Source: Bacillota bacterium (GTDB lineage: Bacteria > Bacillota > Dehalobacteriia > UBA4068). Taken from it: DNA of 40,422 bases. The notes below the pieces were generated by a model. That model saw only the letters and a list, made by a program, of their open reading frames with translations. It made no database searches and was not told where the DNA came from. Made by a program: the position numbers and the translations under genes. The stretch is taken from positions 1 through 40,422 of the forward strand of contig JAFXLH010000100.1 in the NCBI GenBank assembly GCA_017531315.1, in the 5' to 3' direction. This document shows, one piece after another, positions 1-6,739 of this stretch (positions are counted from its first letter, which is position 1; each line of letters starts with the position of its first letter).

Positions 1-1302
1 CTGATCATCGACCATCACGAGCCGATGCTGGTGGATAACGGGGCAGGGGAGGTGGTGCAGCAGCTGCCCGCTGCCGACGCCGTCTGCGACCCCAAGCGCA
101 GCGATTGCCGCTACCCATTCAAGCTGTATTGCGCCGGTGGGCTCTGCTACCGCTTTGCCATGGAGCTGTTCTCGCTGCTCGGCTTTAGCGATAGCGAGCT
201 GGAGAACGAGCTGCTGGCCATGGCCACAATCGCCACCGTCTGTGACCTGGTAGAACTGACCGATGATAACCGCTGGCTGGTGCAGCGCGGTCTGCCGCTG
301 ATCGGCAAGGTGCAAAGCCCCGGCCTGCTGGCGATTTTGGAAAACCGAGAGCTGCTAGGCAAAAATATCACCGCCCACCACATCGGCTACCAGATCGGCC
401 CCTGCATCAACGCCTTTGGCCGTCTGGAAGATGCCAGCATGGCCGTAGAGCTGCTGCTTACCGATGACCCGCGCCGCGCCTATTCGCTTTCCGAAGAGAT
501 GGCACGGCTGAACAATCAGCGCAAATCGCTGACCGAACAGGGCGCGATACTGGCCTTTAGCCAGATCTTGGAAGAAAATCTGGATCAGGATGATGTGCTC
601 GTGGTCTATGAGCCGCTGATCCACGAAAGCGTTGCCGGTATCATCGCCGGCCGCATCAAGGAGCGCTACTATAAGCCGAGCATCGTCATTGCCGGCGAAA
701 AAGATGTGGTTCATGGCTCCTGCCGTTCCATCGAAGGGTACAATATCTTTGCCGGTCTGTCTGCCTGCGCTGACTTGCTGGAAGCATTTGGCGGGCATCC
801 GCTGGCAGCCGGCTTAACGGTAGATAAACATAAAATCGCCGACGTCCGCCGCCGCCTCAACGCCGATTACCGGCAGCAAGCGCCCGATATCGAGCAGCTG
901 ATCCGTATCGACAAACAGCTGCCGCTGGCCACCGTAAATCTGGCTTTGGCCGAGCAGCTGCAGCAGTTTGAACCGTTTGGCAAGGGCAACCCTCCGATCA
1001 ACTTTGCCGAAAAGAACGTCTGCATCAGCAAGATCGTGCAGATGGGCAGCAGCAAAAAGGCGATGCGCTGGAGCTGCCGCGGCGCTACGCTCAGTAAGAC
1101 GGTCGAAGCAGTCTGCTTCGAATCCCGCGATAAGCTGGATAAGCTGCTGAGCAGCCGCTACGGTGAAGGCATTTTCGATCTGCTGCTGCAAAATGCGGCA
1201 GAAGTATATCTGGACCTGATTTACAATGTCAACATCAATGAATTCAACGGGCGTCGTTCTGCGCAGGTGCAAATCGTCGATTACCGCCTGTCCGCCCAGT
1301 AG
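1..1302 (+). CDS. recJ: Single-stranded-DNA-specific exonuclease RecJ, C-terminal ~430 aa (5' end lies outside the window)
   Basis: The frame is open from nt 1, and the window opens on LIIDHHEP (DHH motif). A GGHPLAAG DHHA1-type motif follows. Stop codon at 1300-1302. Confidence 0.85.
   Translation: MIIDHHEPMLVDNGAGEVVQQLPAADAVCDPKRSDCRYPFKLYCAGGLCYRFAMELFSLLGFSDSELENELLAMATIATVCDLVELTDDNRWLVQRGLPLIGKVQSPGLLAILENRELLGKNITAHHIGYQIGPCINAFGRLEDASMAVELLLTDDPRRAYSLSEEMARLNNQRKSLTEQGAILAFSQILEENLDQDDVLVVYEPLIHESVAGIIAGRIKERYYKPSIVIAGEKDVVHGSCRSIEGYNIFAGLSACADLLEAFGGHPLAAGLTVDKHKIADVRRRLNADYRQQAPDIEQLIRIDKQLPLATVNLALAEQLQQFEPFGKGNPPINFAEKNVCISKIVQMGSSKKAMRWSCRGATLSKTVEAVCFESRDKLDKLLSSRYGEGIFDLLLQNAAEVYLDLIYNVNINEFNGRRSAQVQIVDYRLSAQ
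40..51 (+). repeat. Polar motif copy GGGGCAGGGGAG (left of dif, reads toward dif)
   Basis: Exact 12-mer inside recJ (codons ggg gca ggg gag). Confidence 0.9.
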
Positions 1303-1311
1303 GAGTAGCTT

Positions 1312-2640
1312 ATGTTATATCATATCGAAACTTTTGGCTGCCAAATGAACGAAAATGATTCGCCGATCATTGGCGATCTACTGCATTCGCTCGGCCATCA
1401 GCCGGCAGGAGAGATATCCAAAGCGGATATCATCGTCATCAACACCTGCTGTGTGCGAGAGACCGCCGAATCCCGCGCGCTTGGTTTTATCGGCAGCCTA
1501 AAGCACTACAAAGAGTTGAACCCCGGCATCTGCATCGCTGTGTGTGGCTGCATGGCGCAAAAGAGCGATACCGCGGAGGTGCTGCGCAAAAAGTACCGCC
1601 ATGTGGGCGTAGTATGCGGCACTTTTGCCATGGCGCAGCTGCCGTATTACATTGAGCAGTACTTAAGCGATGGCCAGCGCATTTTTGACGTGGAAGAGCG
1701 CTATGACCGCGAAGATATTCAGCGCGATAAGCACTTAAGTGAAAGCGATAATAACTACAAAGCCCAGGTAAACATTAATTATGGCTGCAACAATTTCTGC
1801 TCCTATTGCATCGTGCCGTATGTACGCGGGCGCGAACGCAGCCGCAAGCCGCAGGTGATTTGCGATGAGATTCGTGCGCTGGTGGCGCATGGCTGCCGCG
1901 AGATACAGCTGCTGGGGCAGAATGTCAACTCCTATGGCCACGATCTGGAGGGCAACTGGGACTTTGCGCGGTTGCTGGAAGAGGTTTCCGCCATTGAAGG
2001 GCTGGATCGCATCCGCTTCATGACCTCGCATCCGCGCGACTTCAGCCATCATCTTATCGATACCATTGCCAAGCTGCCCAATGTCTGCCGCCAGTTCCAT
2101 CTGCCGGTTCAGGCCGGCTGCAATCGAATTTTGCAGGAGATGAACAGGGGATATACCAAGGAGTATTATCGCGAGATCCTGGCACATCTGCGCGAAAATT
2201 TCCCGGATGCTACCGTGACTACCGACCTGATCGTCGGTTTCCCGGGAGAAACTGATGAAGACTTCGCAGAAACGCTGGAATTCATTGCCGAATGCCGCTT
2301 TGATGCTGCGTATACTTTCATTTATTCGCGCCGCAGCGGCACTCCGGCCGCGACCATGCCCGATCAGGTTCCGGAAGAAGTGAAGAAACAGCGCCTGCAG
2401 CAGTTGATGGATATACAGAATCCGATCAGCCTGGCGCAGAATGAAAAGTTGGTAGGGAAGACCTTGGTGGTAATGACCGAGGGACCCAGCCGCACCAATG
2501 CGGAAGTTTGGTCGTCCCGCAGCGAGGGCGGCAAAATCGTGCTGTTCCCGGCGGTTGACGGCCTGCAGCCCGGCATGCTTAAAAAAGTCCGCATCGAAAA
2601 AGCACAAACCTGGAATTTGAGCGGCAGCTTGGTAGAATAA
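1312..2640 (+). CDS. miaB: tRNA (N6-isopentenyl-A37) methylthiotransferase MiaB
   Basis: 442 aa with N-terminal FGCQMN motif, radical-SAM CNNFCSYCIVP motif and a C-terminal TRAM-like end. An AGGAG RBS lies 6 nt upstream of the ATG. Confidence 0.93.
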   Translation: MLYHIETFGCQMNENDSPIIGDLLHSLGHQPAGEISKADIIVINTCCVRETAESRALGFIGSLKHYKELNPGICIAVCGCMAQKSDTAEVLRKKYRHVGVVCGTFAMAQLPYYIEQYLSDGQRIFDVEERYDREDIQRDKHLSESDNNYKAQVNINYGCNNFCSYCIVPYVRGRERSRKPQVICDEIRALVAHGCREIQLLGQNVNSYGHDLEGNWDFARLLEEVSAIEGLDRIRFMTSHPRDFSHHLIDTIAKLPNVCRQFHLPVQAGCNRILQEMNRGYTKEYYREILAHLRENFPDATVTTDLIVGFPGETDEDFAETLEFIAECRFDAAYTFIYSRRSGTPAATMPDQVPEEVKKQRLQQLMDIQNPISLAQNEKLVGKTLVVMTEGPSRTNAEVWSSRSEGGKIVLFPAVDGLQPGMLKKVRIEKAQTWNLSGSLVE

Positions 2641-2658
2641 AAATACCGACAAAGTCAA

Positions 2659-2691
2659 AGAGCCTGCAGATTTTGCTGGCTCTGATTTTTT
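2659..2691 (+). terminator. Intrinsic terminator after miaB
   Basis: Hairpin AGAGCCtGCA-gattt-TGCtGGCTCT (2659-2683) followed by GATTTTTT. Confidence 0.8.
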
Positions 2692-2758
2692 ACAAAAATT
2701 TTTGGGGGAGAGGTCGCTCGTGTGCATTTCACACGGCACCCTAAAATTTCAACACCTA

Positions 2759-2786
2759 AGTTTACATAATGTACATTATGAGAAGT
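2759..2786. other. dif: Xer recombination site dif (chromosome dimer resolution site; marks the replication terminus)
   Basis: Plus strand reads AGTTTACATAA-TGTACA-TTATGAGAAGT, and the inner 16 bp (2765-2780) is a perfect palindrome. The minus strand reads ACTTCTCATAA TGTACA TTATGTAAACT. As I recall it, B. subtilis dif is ACTTCCTAGAA TATATA TTATGTAAACT: one arm matches 11/11 and the other 8/11. E. coli dif is GGTGCGCATAA TGTATA TTATGTTAAAT. The site lies in a 360-bp gene-free gap, and both gene orientation and a polar motif converge on it. Confidence 0.85.
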
Positions 2787-2790
2787 TGAT

Positions 2791-2829
2791 ATATAAAAGA
2801 CCGGGAAGCGCATCATAAAGCGCTCTCCC
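2791..2829 (-). terminator. Intrinsic terminator-like hairpin (minus strand) immediately right of dif
   Basis: Minus strand reads GGGAGAGCGC-tttatgat-GCGCTTCCC followed by GGTCTTTTATATAT. It would stop transcription coming from the LysM gene before it reaches dif. Confidence 0.5.
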
Positions 2830-2839
2830 AAAACAAAAA

Positions 2840-2870
2840 CCTCAACAGCCGCTTTGGCTGTCAAGGTTTT
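2840..2870 (+). terminator. Intrinsic terminator-like hairpin (plus strand)
   Basis: CCtcaACAGCC-gcttt-GGCTGTcaaGG followed by TTTTATAAT. No obvious gene lies upstream apart from read-through from miaB. Confidence 0.45.
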
Positions 2871-3000
2871 ATAATGTTTCTGCTTCATTTTTGTTTTTTC
2901 GGCACTACTGCTTCATATTGCCCTGTTTTGCCATATGCAAACACCTTAGCACCAAAATTTTCGTGGCTTAAATCGCCTCTTTTTTAGGCGGTTTTTACGC

Positions 3001-3291
3001 CTATTTTTCCGGGATCAGCAATACGTCGCCCACGCGCAGATTTGCACTCTGCAGACCGTTGATCTCTTTAACTTCGTAGATGGCGGCGCGAATATCGCCT
3101 TTATAGTCATAATGTTCGCTTACCAAGGACCACAGCGTATCACCGGAGCTTACGGTAATGGTTTGCATTACGCGAGCCTCGTCATTGCTGGCGCCGGCAA
3201 CGCCGCTGAATGCCATGACTACCAGCAGTACCATCAGGAATAAACCTGCAAAGGCTTTGTAATTGATTCTTCTATTATATTTGGCCAGCAT
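3001..3291 (-). CDS. LysM-domain, single-pass membrane protein; YneA-like SOS-induced cell-division inhibitor candidate
   Basis: 96 aa with an N-terminal TM helix (AFAGLFLMVLLVVMAFSGV) and a C-terminal LysM domain (SSGDTLWSL...VGDVLLIP). It is divergent from lexA and sits behind a consensus promoter carrying LexA boxes. RBS is AGGAGG. Confidence 0.8.
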   Translation of the reverse strand: MLAKYNRRINYKAFAGLFLMVLLVVMAFSGVAGASNDEARVMQTITVSSGDTLWSLVSEHYDYKGDIRAAIYEVKEINGLQSANLRVGDVLLIPEK

Positions 3292-3321
3292 TGCTTTCGC
3301 CTCCTACTCTACTCTTTCAAT

Positions 3322-3335
3322 CGAACATCTGTTCT
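3322..3335. promoter_or_regulatory. LexA (Cheo/SOS) box 1
   Basis: CGAACATCTGTTCT against the Gram-positive consensus CGAACRNRYGTTYC. It lies just downstream of the -10 of the LysM-gene promoter. Confidence 0.8.
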
Positions 3336-3343
3336 ATGGCTAA

Positions 3344-3372
3344 ATTATATTCGAATATTTGTTCGATGTCAA
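3344..3372 (-). promoter_or_regulatory. Sigma-A promoter of the LysM (YneA-like) gene
   Basis: Minus strand reads TTGACA-17 nt-TATAAT, with both hexamers perfect. The spacer contains LexA box 2. Confidence 0.8.
3352..3365. promoter_or_regulatory. LexA (Cheo/SOS) box 2
   Basis: CGAATATTTGTTCG, inside the spacer of the LysM-gene promoter. Confidence 0.8.
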
Positions 3373-3381
3373 GAGAAAAAT

Positions 3382-3395
3382 AGAACAAATGTTTG
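3382..3395. promoter_or_regulatory. LexA (Cheo/SOS) box 3 (lexA autoregulation)
   Basis: AGAACAAATGTTTG, overlapping the -35 region of the lexA promoter. Confidence 0.7.
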
Positions 3396-3421
3396 CTTTT
3401 TTGTTTTTTATGGTATATAAT
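3393..3421 (+). promoter_or_regulatory. Sigma-A promoter of lexA
   Basis: TTGCTT-17 nt-TATAAT, about 35 nt upstream of the lexA start. Confidence 0.6.
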
Positions 3422-3455
3422 GGGTATGTCCCCAATACAAAAAGGAGGCAAACTT

Positions 3456-4082
3456 ATGGATTATATCGGTTTGACCGAGCAGCAGGCTCGTATTCTTGAT
3501 TTTATTAAGCAGGAACTGCGCGATAAGAAGTTCCCGCCCTCTGTGCGCGAGATTTGTGATGCGGTAGGGCTGCGTTCGCCTTCCACCGTGCATCTGCACC
3601 TGAACACGCTGGAAAGCAAGGGCTATATCCGCCGTCACCCCGGCCAGCAGCGCGCGCTGGAAGTTATCGAAGAGATCGAAAGCACCAGCACCGTTACCAG
3701 CAAAGAAATGGTCGATATCCCGATCATCGGCAAAATCTCCGCCGGCCTGCCGATGCTGGCCGAAGAACATGTGGAAGATTATTTCCCCGTGCTGCTGGGC
3801 TATCTCCATTCCAATAAGCAGCTGTTTATGCTGCGCGTTTCCGGCGAAAGCATGATCGAAGCCGGTATTCATGACGGCGATTTGCTGATCGTGGAAGAAG
3901 CCAGCAGCGCCCGCAACGGTGAAATTATCGTGGCGCTGGTTGATGACGAAGCTACCGTCAAGACCTTCTACCGCGAGCTGAACTGCATCCGCCTGCAGCC
4001 GGAAAACTCCACTATGGCGCCGATCATCGTAGACCGCTGCGATATCATCGGTAAGCCGATCGGCCTGTTCCGCCGCTTCTGA
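3456..4082 (+). CDS. lexA: LexA repressor
   Basis: Starts MDYIGLTEQQARILDFIK at ATG 3456, which is preceded by AAAGGAGG. The ORF-track start at 3393 has no RBS. N-terminal winged helix and C-terminal S24 peptidase domain (VSGESM...). Confidence 0.95.
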   Translation: MDYIGLTEQQARILDFIKQELRDKKFPPSVREICDAVGLRSPSTVHLHLNTLESKGYIRRHPGQQRALEVIEEIESTSTVTSKEMVDIPIIGKISAGLPMLAEEHVEDYFPVLLGYLHSNKQLFMLRVSGESMIEAGIHDGDLLIVEEASSARNGEIIVALVDDEATVKTFYRELNCIRLQPENSTMAPIIVDRCDIIGKPIGLFRRF

Positions 4083-4094
4083 CTCCCCTGCCCC
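4083..4094 (-). repeat. Polar motif copy GGGGCAGGGGAG
   Basis: Exact 12-mer on the minus strand. Intergenic, immediately after the lexA stop. Confidence 0.9.
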
Positions 4095-4103
4095 GTATAA
4101 TGC

Positions 4104-4139
4104 AAAAGCAGGTAGACTTAATCGTCTACCTGCTTTTTT
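4104..4139. terminator. Bidirectional terminator between convergent lexA and ynbB-like genes
   Basis: A perfect 14-bp stem, AAAAGCAGGTAGAC / GTCTACCTGCTTTT, with A and T runs on either side. Confidence 0.85.
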
Positions 4140-4144
4140 GTGGC

Positions 4145-5401
4145 TTAAATCAGCCCTTTTTCCATCATATCGGCAGCCGTGCGCTGCAAGGCGTACGGCA
4201 TATGCCAGCGGTTGAGGCCGCCCTGCATGAAGACCAGATACGGCTCACGCAGCGGCGCATCGGCAGAAAGCTCGATGGAAGCACCCGCCACGAAGCAGCC
4301 GGCAGCCATAATAATGTCGTTATCATAACCGGGCATCGGCCACGGTTCCGGCGCGGCGAAGCTGTCTACCGGCGAATAGCGCTGGATGCCGCGGCAAAAC
4401 TCAATGAGGCGCTCGGCATTGCCCATATAGGCCATCTGGATGATATCGGAGCGCTTGGCGTCCACCGCCGGGGATACCTCGAAGCCCAGGTGCTGCATAA
4501 AGGCTGCAGCATAAACAGCGCCGAGAGTCGCTTCCAATACCGTGGTGGGCGACATGAATAAGGCCTGGTAGAACAGGCGATGGTCGATGAGCGAGGCGCC
4601 TATTTCGCGTCCGGCACCGGCAAAGGTGAGGCGATAGGCAGCGCGATCCACCAGGTCTTCGCGGCCGACCACATAACCGCCGGACGGGGTAAGGCCAGCG
4701 CCGGGGTTCTTGATCAGCGAGCCGCACATCAGGTCGACACCGTGGTGAGTAGGCTCGGTCTCTTCCATCATTTCGCCGTAGCAGTTATCGACGAAGACGA
4801 TGGCCTGCGGCAGGCGCTGATGCACGGCAGCGGTGATAGCGGCAATTTCCGCCACTGTCATCGCCGGGCGGCTGGAATAGCCGCGGGAACGCTGCAGCGC
4901 CACCATTTTGGTGTCTTCCGGCAGCTCGGCGACGATAGCTTCGGCATCGATATGCTCAAAGTCAATTTCCTGCACCGTGGCACGCACGCCCATTTCTACC
5001 AGGCAGCCGGGAGTGACCTTGTTCAGGCCGATCACCGTCTGCAGCGTGTCATAGGGTATACCCAGGCAGACCAGATGATCGCCGGGCAGCAGGTTGCCAC
5101 ACAGCGCCAGCGAGATGGCATGAGAGCCGGAAACGATATTCTGGCGGGTCAGCGCAGCTTCCGTGCCAAAGATGCGGGCATACAGCTCTTCCAGCTTATC
5201 ACGGCCCATATCACCGTAGCCATAGCCGTTGGTAGAGGCAAAATGCTGCACGGAAATACGTTCGGCGCGGAAGGCATCCAGCGCGCGGGCGGTATTTTTT
5301 TCGGCGATCGCGGCGGCATACGGCTCGTAAGCCTGCATGGCAGCACGACCGGCGGCATCAGCGGCGGCAATCAGCTGCTGCTGTTGTTCAGTCAAAGTCA
5401 T
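4145..5401 (-). CDS. Methionine gamma-lyase family PLP-dependent protein (YnbB / 'aluminium resistance' family)
   Basis: About 418 aa with a Cys/Met-metabolism PLP fold signature (SGSHAISLAL, SLIKNPG). ATG at 5401 is preceded by GGAGG with a 5-nt spacer. The TTG at 5413 in the ORF track is part of that RBS region. Confidence 0.8.
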   Translation of the reverse strand: MTLTEQQQQLIAAADAAGRAAMQAYEPYAAAIAEKNTARALDAFRAERISVQHFASTNGYGYGDMGRDKLEELYARIFGTEAALTRQNIVSGSHAISLALCGNLLPGDHLVCLGIPYDTLQTVIGLNKVTPGCLVEMGVRATVQEIDFEHIDAEAIVAELPEDTKMVALQRSRGYSSRPAMTVAEIAAITAAVHQRLPQAIVFVDNCYGEMMEETEPTHHGVDLMCGSLIKNPGAGLTPSGGYVVGREDLVDRAAYRLTFAGAGREIGASLIDHRLFYQALFMSPTTVLEATLGAVYAAAFMQHLGFEVSPAVDAKRSDIIQMAYMGNAERLIEFCRGIQRYSPVDSFAAPEPWPMPGYDNDIIMAAGCFVAGASIELSADAPLREPYLVFMQGGLNRWHMPYALQRTAADMMEKGLI

Positions 5402-5481
5402 AGTAACCTCCAAGTGTTAAGCATAACATATTATAATTACACTTTAACGCCATTTTTCCTGCCAAAGTGACAGATTTAGCT

Positions 5482-5493
5482 CTCCCCTGCCCC
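5482..5493 (-). repeat. Polar motif copy GGGGCAGGGGAG
   Basis: Exact 12-mer on the minus strand. Intergenic, next to the hfq terminator. Confidence 0.9.
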
Positions 5494-5497
5494 AAGC

Positions 5498-5521
5498 AAA
5501 AAGCCCGGAAAACCGGGCTTT
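5498..5521 (-). terminator. Intrinsic terminator after hfq
   Basis: Minus strand reads AAAGCCCGG-tttt-CCGGGCTTT followed by TTGCTT. Confidence 0.75.
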
Positions 5522-5530
5522 GTTACTTTT

Positions 5531-5758
5531 TCAGCTGTTCCAGGCAGAAATATCGATGCGCTGCTGCGGCACGATGGTGCTGATGGCGTGCTTGTAGATA
5601 AGTTCCTGCGCGCCCTCGCATTCCACGGCGACCACATAGCGATCAAATGCCTGTACAACACCTTTAAATTGAAAACCGTTGACCAGATAAAATGTTGCGG
5701 TGATACTGTTTTTTTGCATCTGCTGCAAAAAATATTCCTGCAAAGTAGCGGTCTCCAT
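5531..5758 (-). CDS. hfq: RNA chaperone Hfq
   Basis: 75 aa carrying Sm1/Sm2 motifs (LQEYFLQQM...VNGFQFKGVVQAFDRYVV...IYKHAISTI). Confidence 0.95.
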   Translation of the reverse strand: METATLQEYFLQQMQKNSITATFYLVNGFQFKGVVQAFDRYVVAVECEGAQELIYKHAISTIVPQQRIDISAWNS

Positions 5759-5761
5759 CGG

Positions 5762-6739
5762 TCAATCCTCCCCGAATTGCCGCCCGATCTCTGCCAGTAC
5801 CGCCTCAAGCAGTTGTGCCTGATCCGGATAATGCGTAATATCAAACCACGCGATTTGCGCGTCTCGCTTGAACCAAGTCTGCTGGCGCTTGGCAAAGCGG
5901 CGGGTGTCGCGCTTGATCAGCTCCACCGCCTCATCAAGGCTGATTTGCCCCTCAAGATGCGCCACCAGCTGGCGATAGCCGATGCCCTGCATTGACTGTG
6001 CTTCGGCGCTCACACCGCTTTTCAGCAGGGATTTTACCTCATCCAGCAGCCCCTGCTCCATCATAATATCCACGCGCTTTTCGATGCGGCTGTACAGCAC
6101 CTCGCGCGGGCAGGTCAGGCCGATACAGGCCACCTGATAGCGGCTGTGCTGCGGCTTTTCCGTTAAGTTCCACGATGCGGAAAGCGGCTGCCCGGTGCTG
6201 CGGTATACCTCCAGCGCGCGCAGCAGACGATGTGCATCGTTGCGGTGGATGCGCGCTGCTGCCGGTGGGTCTACCTGCTGCAGCTCGGCATAGAGCGCCT
6301 CGCCGTCATCGGCAGCGTACTCCGCCTTCAGCTGTTCACGCAGCAGCAGATCTGCCGCATTGGTTGCGGCAAAATCGTACTCATCCAGTAATGCTGAAAT
6401 ATAAAGGCCCGTACCGCCGGCCACGATGGGCAAGCGGCCGCGACCGCTGATATCGGCAATAGCGGCATCCGCCAAATCGCGGAAATCCGCCACGGAAAAA
6501 GCCTGCTGCGGCTCTAGAATATCCAGCAGATGATGCGGAACACCCTGCTGCTCTGCCGCGGTCACCTTGGCGGTACCGATATCCATGCGGCGGTAAACCT
6601 GCATCGAATCGCCGGAGATGATCTCACCGTTCAGACGCTGCGCCACCGCGACCGAGAGCGCGGTTTTGCCGCTGGCGGTGGGGCCGAGTATCGTTACCAG
6701 CTTGTGGCTCATAGGCTTTTCCTTTCGATAGTTTATCAT
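5762..6739 (-). CDS. miaA: tRNA dimethylallyltransferase MiaA
   Basis: P-loop GPTASGKT and the DSMQVYR motif. ATG 6739 overlaps the mutL stop (ATGA). An alternative start at 6712 (MSHKLV...) has an AAGGA RBS. Confidence 0.93.
   Translation of the reverse strand: MINYRKEKPMSHKLVTILGPTASGKTALSVAVAQRLNGEIISGDSMQVYRRMDIGTAKVTAAEQQGVPHHLLDILEPQQAFSVADFRDLADAAIADISGRGRLPIVAGGTGLYISALLDEYDFAATNAADLLLREQLKAEYAADDGEALYAELQQVDPPAAARIHRNDAHRLLRALEVYRSTGQPLSASWNLTEKPQHSRYQVACIGLTCPREVLYSRIEKRVDIMMEQGLLDEVKSLLKSGVSAEAQSMQGIGYRQLVAHLEGQISLDEAVELIKRDTRRFAKRQQTWFKRDAQIAWFDITHYPDQAQLLEAVLAEIGRQFGED

Noticed and set aside
2655-2888. A 77-aa minus-strand ORF from the ORF track spanning the dif site.
   Set aside because: It runs through the dif palindrome and two terminator hairpins and has no RBS or recognisable protein features.
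2874-2987. A 37-codon hydrophobic ORF (MFLLHFCFFGTTASYCPVLPYANTLAPKFSWLKSPLF) in the dif-containing gap.
   Set aside because: It has no convincing RBS (only AAGG 8 nt upstream) and its T-rich codons are unlike the rest of the genome. It also overlaps a hairpin/T-run region. This is most likely non-coding.
2973-2996. A short hairpin, CGCCT-ctttttt-AGGCG, just past the LysM gene stop.
   Set aside because: The stem is only 5 bp, and the U-tract is on the plus strand, which is the wrong strand for terminating the LysM gene. It is too weak to call. The hairpin at 2791-2829 is the more credible minus-strand terminator.
3393-3455. N-terminal extensions in the ORF track: lexA from 3393, ttcA-like from 12060, nrdR to 26982, ylmC from 27081, gerAA-type to 37212, membrane protein to 38029, yabE-like to 17832, sepF to 24781, rubredoxin to 15593 and hisA-like to 33340.
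   Set aside because: In each case an internal start codon is preceded by a good GGAGG-type RBS at 5-9 nt and yields the conserved family N-terminus. The extensions overlap promoters, operators or neighbouring genes.
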